Shown one piece after another: positions 61,701 to 64,000 of a stretch of 64,000 nt of DNA. The notes under the pieces are model-generated. The model worked only from the letters and a program-made list of their open reading frames with translations, searched no databases and had not been told where the DNA came from. Numbering within the stretch: the first letter of the stretch is position 1; each line of letters begins with the position of its first letter. The position numbers were made by a program, and so were the translations under genes. Source of the stretch: Chloroflexota bacterium (lineage in GTDB: Bacteria; Chloroflexota; Dehalococcoidia; Lucifugimonadales; HRBIN23); assembly GCA_016210325.1 (NCBI GenBank), contig JACQUK010000112.1, positions 598 through 64,597 on the forward strand, in the 5' to 3' direction.

Positions 61701-64000
61701 TCCATCACTACAGTGTCACGGGGGCCCACCTGGGCCAGATCAGCGTGGACTTCCCCAGCAGCGGCATCGCGGTGGGCGGCGACATCCTGTACCTGGGGTC
61801 CAACGGGTGGCGCATCATCTACCGCTACCAGAAGGACGGCACCTTCATTGACCAGTTCGCCTCGCCTCCAGGGCCGCGAGACGAGGACCTGGAGTGCGAC
61901 CCGGTGACCTTCGCCTCCATTGGCGTGGACGCCATGTGGTCCAAGGACGCCTACGACAACAACATCTACGCCATGGAGATCCCGCGCGGCACCTGCGGCA
62001 TGGGCGGGCAGCCGCCCGGGCCGCCGCCACCGCACTTCGAGATGGGGCCGGGCCAGGTGGGCATCCTGGCGGTGAACTCCGATGCCAACCTCATGGAGGG
62101 CAACGAGGTCAAGTGGTGGCTGCGCGTCGGCATCGGCATGACCGACCACTCGGATACGAACCGGGCGCTGGACAACCACGTGCACGACAACGGCAACGGC
62201 GTGATGCTGTTCAACAGCATGCGCAACGAGATCAGCCGCAACCTGATTGAGCACCACCGCGGGTCGGGCAACCCTGACGAGGGCATGAGCATCCCGGGCA
62301 TCGGCGTGTTCCTGAACAGCACGTCCGACTACAACGTGGTGCAGGGCAACACGGTGGACGACAGCGCGGCGGTCGGTATCTTCCTGCGCCTCTCGTCGCA
62401 CAACCTCATCGGCGGCGACACGCCCGAGCTGGGCAACGTCGTGACCAACAGCGGGTACGTGGGAATCTACCTGCTGGAGGCGGGCGGCAACACGCTGCTG
62501 AACAACACGGTGGACACGGTTGAGAGCCAGGACGAGGGGCCGGGTATGGGCATCGTCCTGCTGCTCCGGAGCAACCAGAACGTGGTGGGCTCCAACCACG
62601 TGTCGAATGTCAACTACGGCATCGTGCTCTACGACGCCCATACCAACCGGGTGCTGGGCAACACAGTGCAAGACCTGGTGGGCGGCACCTGGCAGGAGCC
62701 GGTGTCTGGCATCGGGGTGTTGTTAAGCAAGGACAACGCCTTGCAAAACAACCAGGTGCTCGGCGCTGGCCAGTTCGGGCCTCCTGAGCAGGGCGCACAG
62801 GCCCTGAACGGCAGCAGTGCCAGCTTTGGTATCACCCTGGTAGGGGCCGGGACCACCCTGGTCAGCGGCAATATCCTGGACGGGCACATCGTGGGCCTGT
62901 TCCTGAATCGGTCGAATGGCAACCGGCTGCTGACCAACCGGGTGGGGGCCGGCGTGGACGCCCCGCTGGGCAACATCTGGGGCATCGTCTTGGACTTCGC
63001 GGACGCCAACAAGGTTGGCGACCTCCAGGACCAGGGCAACGAGGTGGCCAACAGCCTGGTGGCTGGCATTGACCTCTTCTTCTCCTGGAAGAACGAGGTC
63101 CGGGGCAACAATGTGCACGACAACGGCAGCAGCAGTCCTCTGCCAGAGGTGGCCTCCCTTGGGCTGCCCAGGCTGCCGGCCTGGACCGGCGCACCGTCCC
63201 TGGAGAAGGTGCAGGTCCAGGTGCCCGAGGACTTCCGCCAGCAGGTGAACAGTGGCCAGGCCCAGAGGGCCGAGCTGCTGGGTGAGCGGGGCAGTGGCGC
63301 CTTCAGCATGGACTTTGACTGGCCCGCGGGCATCCTGCTGGACGTCGTCAGCGACTACAACACGGTGGACCAGAACCAGGTGCACCACAACGTCGGCGAC
63401 GGCATCCGGCTGGGCGATGCCTGGTCGGACCAGGTCACGGGCAACACGGTGCGGGACAACGAGGCCAATGGCATCCTGCTCAAGGGAGCGCAGTACATCC
63501 AGGTCGCCGGCAACACCGTGCATGGGCACCGGACCGCCGAAGAGGGCAAGGGGATGGGCATCGGCGTCTTGTGGTCGCCCGGCAGCAGGGTGGCCGGCAA
63601 CGTGGTAGGGCCTGAGGTTGACGGAGTTGCCCAGGGCAACCTGGTGGGCATCTTCGTCCAGAGCTATGGCAACATCGCGGTTGCGGACAACACGGTGCAG
63701 GGCAACGCGATCGGCATACTCCAGCGGCAGTTCTCCCAGAACATGATGGTGGGCAACCAGGTGCGAGGCAACAAGCTGGGGGTCTGGCTGGAGCCTGACT
63801 CGGGCTACCACGCGCTGGTGAACAACCTTATCGAGCGCAACGAACACGGCGTGGTGGTGGAGAGCTGGAACAACTACATCGCCTCCAACACCATCCAGGA
63901 CAACACCGGTGCCTCGGAGCCTGATGGGATCCGAACGTCCGGCGTGCACTTTAGCGACAAGGCTGGCTGGGGCAACCGGCTGTGGTATAACAACATCCTG
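49718..64000 (+). CDS. Giant secreted multidomain protein 3, 5' partial in this window (at least 4761 codons, no stop before the window end): PKD x5, C39-like peptidase, IPT/TIG x4, three parallel beta-helix (PbH1/NosD-like) blocks, NHL/Vgb-like propeller, NIDO-like domain
   Basis: This ORF is not in the ORF track. ATG 49718 follows AGAGGAG. Signal peptide [32 protein letters not shown]. I translated about 25 segments by hand across 49.7-64.0 kb in frame 2 (49718 mod 3 = 2) and met no stop. The track lists + ORFs only in the other two frames over this span. The last codon, CTG, ends exactly at 64000. Confidence 0.9.
   Translation, partial: [4761 protein letters not shown]
49814..50985 (+). 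other. Four tandem PKD domains (protein 3)
   Basis: Four copies of VDAG.[30 protein letters not shown]..EP....PGTV.[18 protein letters not shown].DG. Confidence 0.75.
51000..51660 (+). other. Papain-fold cysteine peptidase-like module (Peptidase_C39_2-like)
   Basis: [22 protein letters not shown] (Cys codon 51134-36) and a downstream [17 protein letters not shown] (His codon 51485-87) fit the C39-like Cys/His arrangement. Confidence 0.5.
51920..52900 (+). other. Four IPT/TIG-like Ig domains
   Basis: [89 protein letters not shown] and [29 protein letters not shown]. Confidence 0.6.
53760..56700 (+). other. Parallel beta-helix (PbH1/NosD-like) block 1 with two NWWG motifs
   Basis: Many (I/V).GN.(I/L)...G.GI.(L/V) turns. 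[18 protein letters not shown] lies at about 54763 and [18 protein letters not shown] at about 55867. Confidence 0.7.
56800..57830 (+). other. Six-bladed-type beta-propeller (NHL / Vgb-lyase / SGL-like)
   Basis: [92 protein letters not shown] and [24 protein letters not shown]. Confidence 0.6.
58130..60300 (+). other. Parallel beta-helix (PbH1) block 2
   Basis: Repeats such as [85 protein letters not shown] and [13 protein letters not shown]. Confidence 0.75.
60420..61030 (+). other. NIDO-like domain (tentative)
   Basis: [26 protein letters not shown] ... [27 protein letters not shown] ... VVQWDGV ... [16 protein letters not shown] ... [12 protein letters not shown]. Confidence 0.35.
62040..64000 (+). 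other. Parallel beta-helix (PbH1) block 3, continues beyond the window
   Basis: [89 protein letters not shown] and [12 protein letters not shown]. Confidence 0.75.

Noticed and set aside
50144-63949. Long minus-strand ORFs in the track: 50144-52834 (896 aa), 53324-54508, 54719-56782 (687 aa), 57140-58522, 58784-60397, 61313-62671 and 62723-63949.
   Set aside because: - They lie antisense to the unterminated frame-2 ORF 49718-64000, which encodes clearly recognisable PKD, TIG, beta-helix and propeller sequence.
- Their own translations are Arg/Gly/His/Pro/Val-rich strings with no recognisable motif.
- This is the expected shadow of a GC-rich gene.
29929-64000. Searched the giant locus for hallmarks of a diversity-generating retroelement, toxin-delivery (Rhs/YD, CdiA) or type I secretion (RTX GGxGxD) system.
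   Set aside because: - No reverse transcriptase gene or template/variable repeat pair was seen.
- No YD or RHS repeats, FHA or pretoxin motifs, or RTX nonapeptides were seen.
- No adjacent ABC/MFP/OMP genes are present in the window.

Overview
GC-rich bacterial chromosomal window. Gene content, GGAGG ribosome-binding sites and the many dispersed hairpin repeats resemble Chloroflexota, but that assignment is inference only.

**1-29 kb: ordinary housekeeping and metabolic genes.**
- WrbA-like flavoprotein, Bcp-type peroxiredoxin, amidohydrolase, tandem-domain ThyX, SAM methyltransferase.
- ECF sigma factor with a zf-HC2 anti-sigma protein, and a DUF3179 lipoprotein.
- 2-oxoacid:ferredoxin oxidoreductase alpha/beta, ornithine cyclodeaminase, IlvD, CoA-transferase III, RecX, DUF3090.
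- An ino1 / GT4 / CDP-alcohol phosphatidyltransferase cluster.
- LspA, RluD, PyrF, SfsA, an EndoIII-like protein and an MFS transporter.
- At least three families of MITE-like hairpin repeats lie between these genes.

**29.3-64 kb: three co-directional giant secreted-protein genes.**
- Sizes are 4746 aa, 1706 aa and at least 4761 aa.
- The third gene (49718 to beyond 64000) is missing from the supplied ORF track because it has no stop inside the window.
- Domains I recognise: PKD, Big_2-type Ig, BNR/Ycf48-like propellers, IPT/TIG, parallel beta-helix repeats, a papain-fold (C39-like) peptidase module, paired EF-hand-like calcium loops and a cohesin-like module.
- Protein 2 ends in a Pro/Thr linker, a TM helix and an RRR tail, which resembles archaeal PGF-CTERM surface proteins.
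- I regard this locus as the best candidate for an undescribed cell-envelope system.

**Candidate selenoproteins.** Two genes carry an in-frame TGA exactly at a conserved Cys position, each followed by a hairpin: the peroxidatic Cys of the peroxiredoxin and the first Cys of the CPLC motif of DUF3179. The DUF3179 case may be a new Sec family.

**Limits.** All domain calls were made by eye from motif memory, with no HMM or BLAST run. Domain boundaries are approximate (tens of nt). No rRNA, tRNA, CRISPR array, transposase or integrase was recognised.
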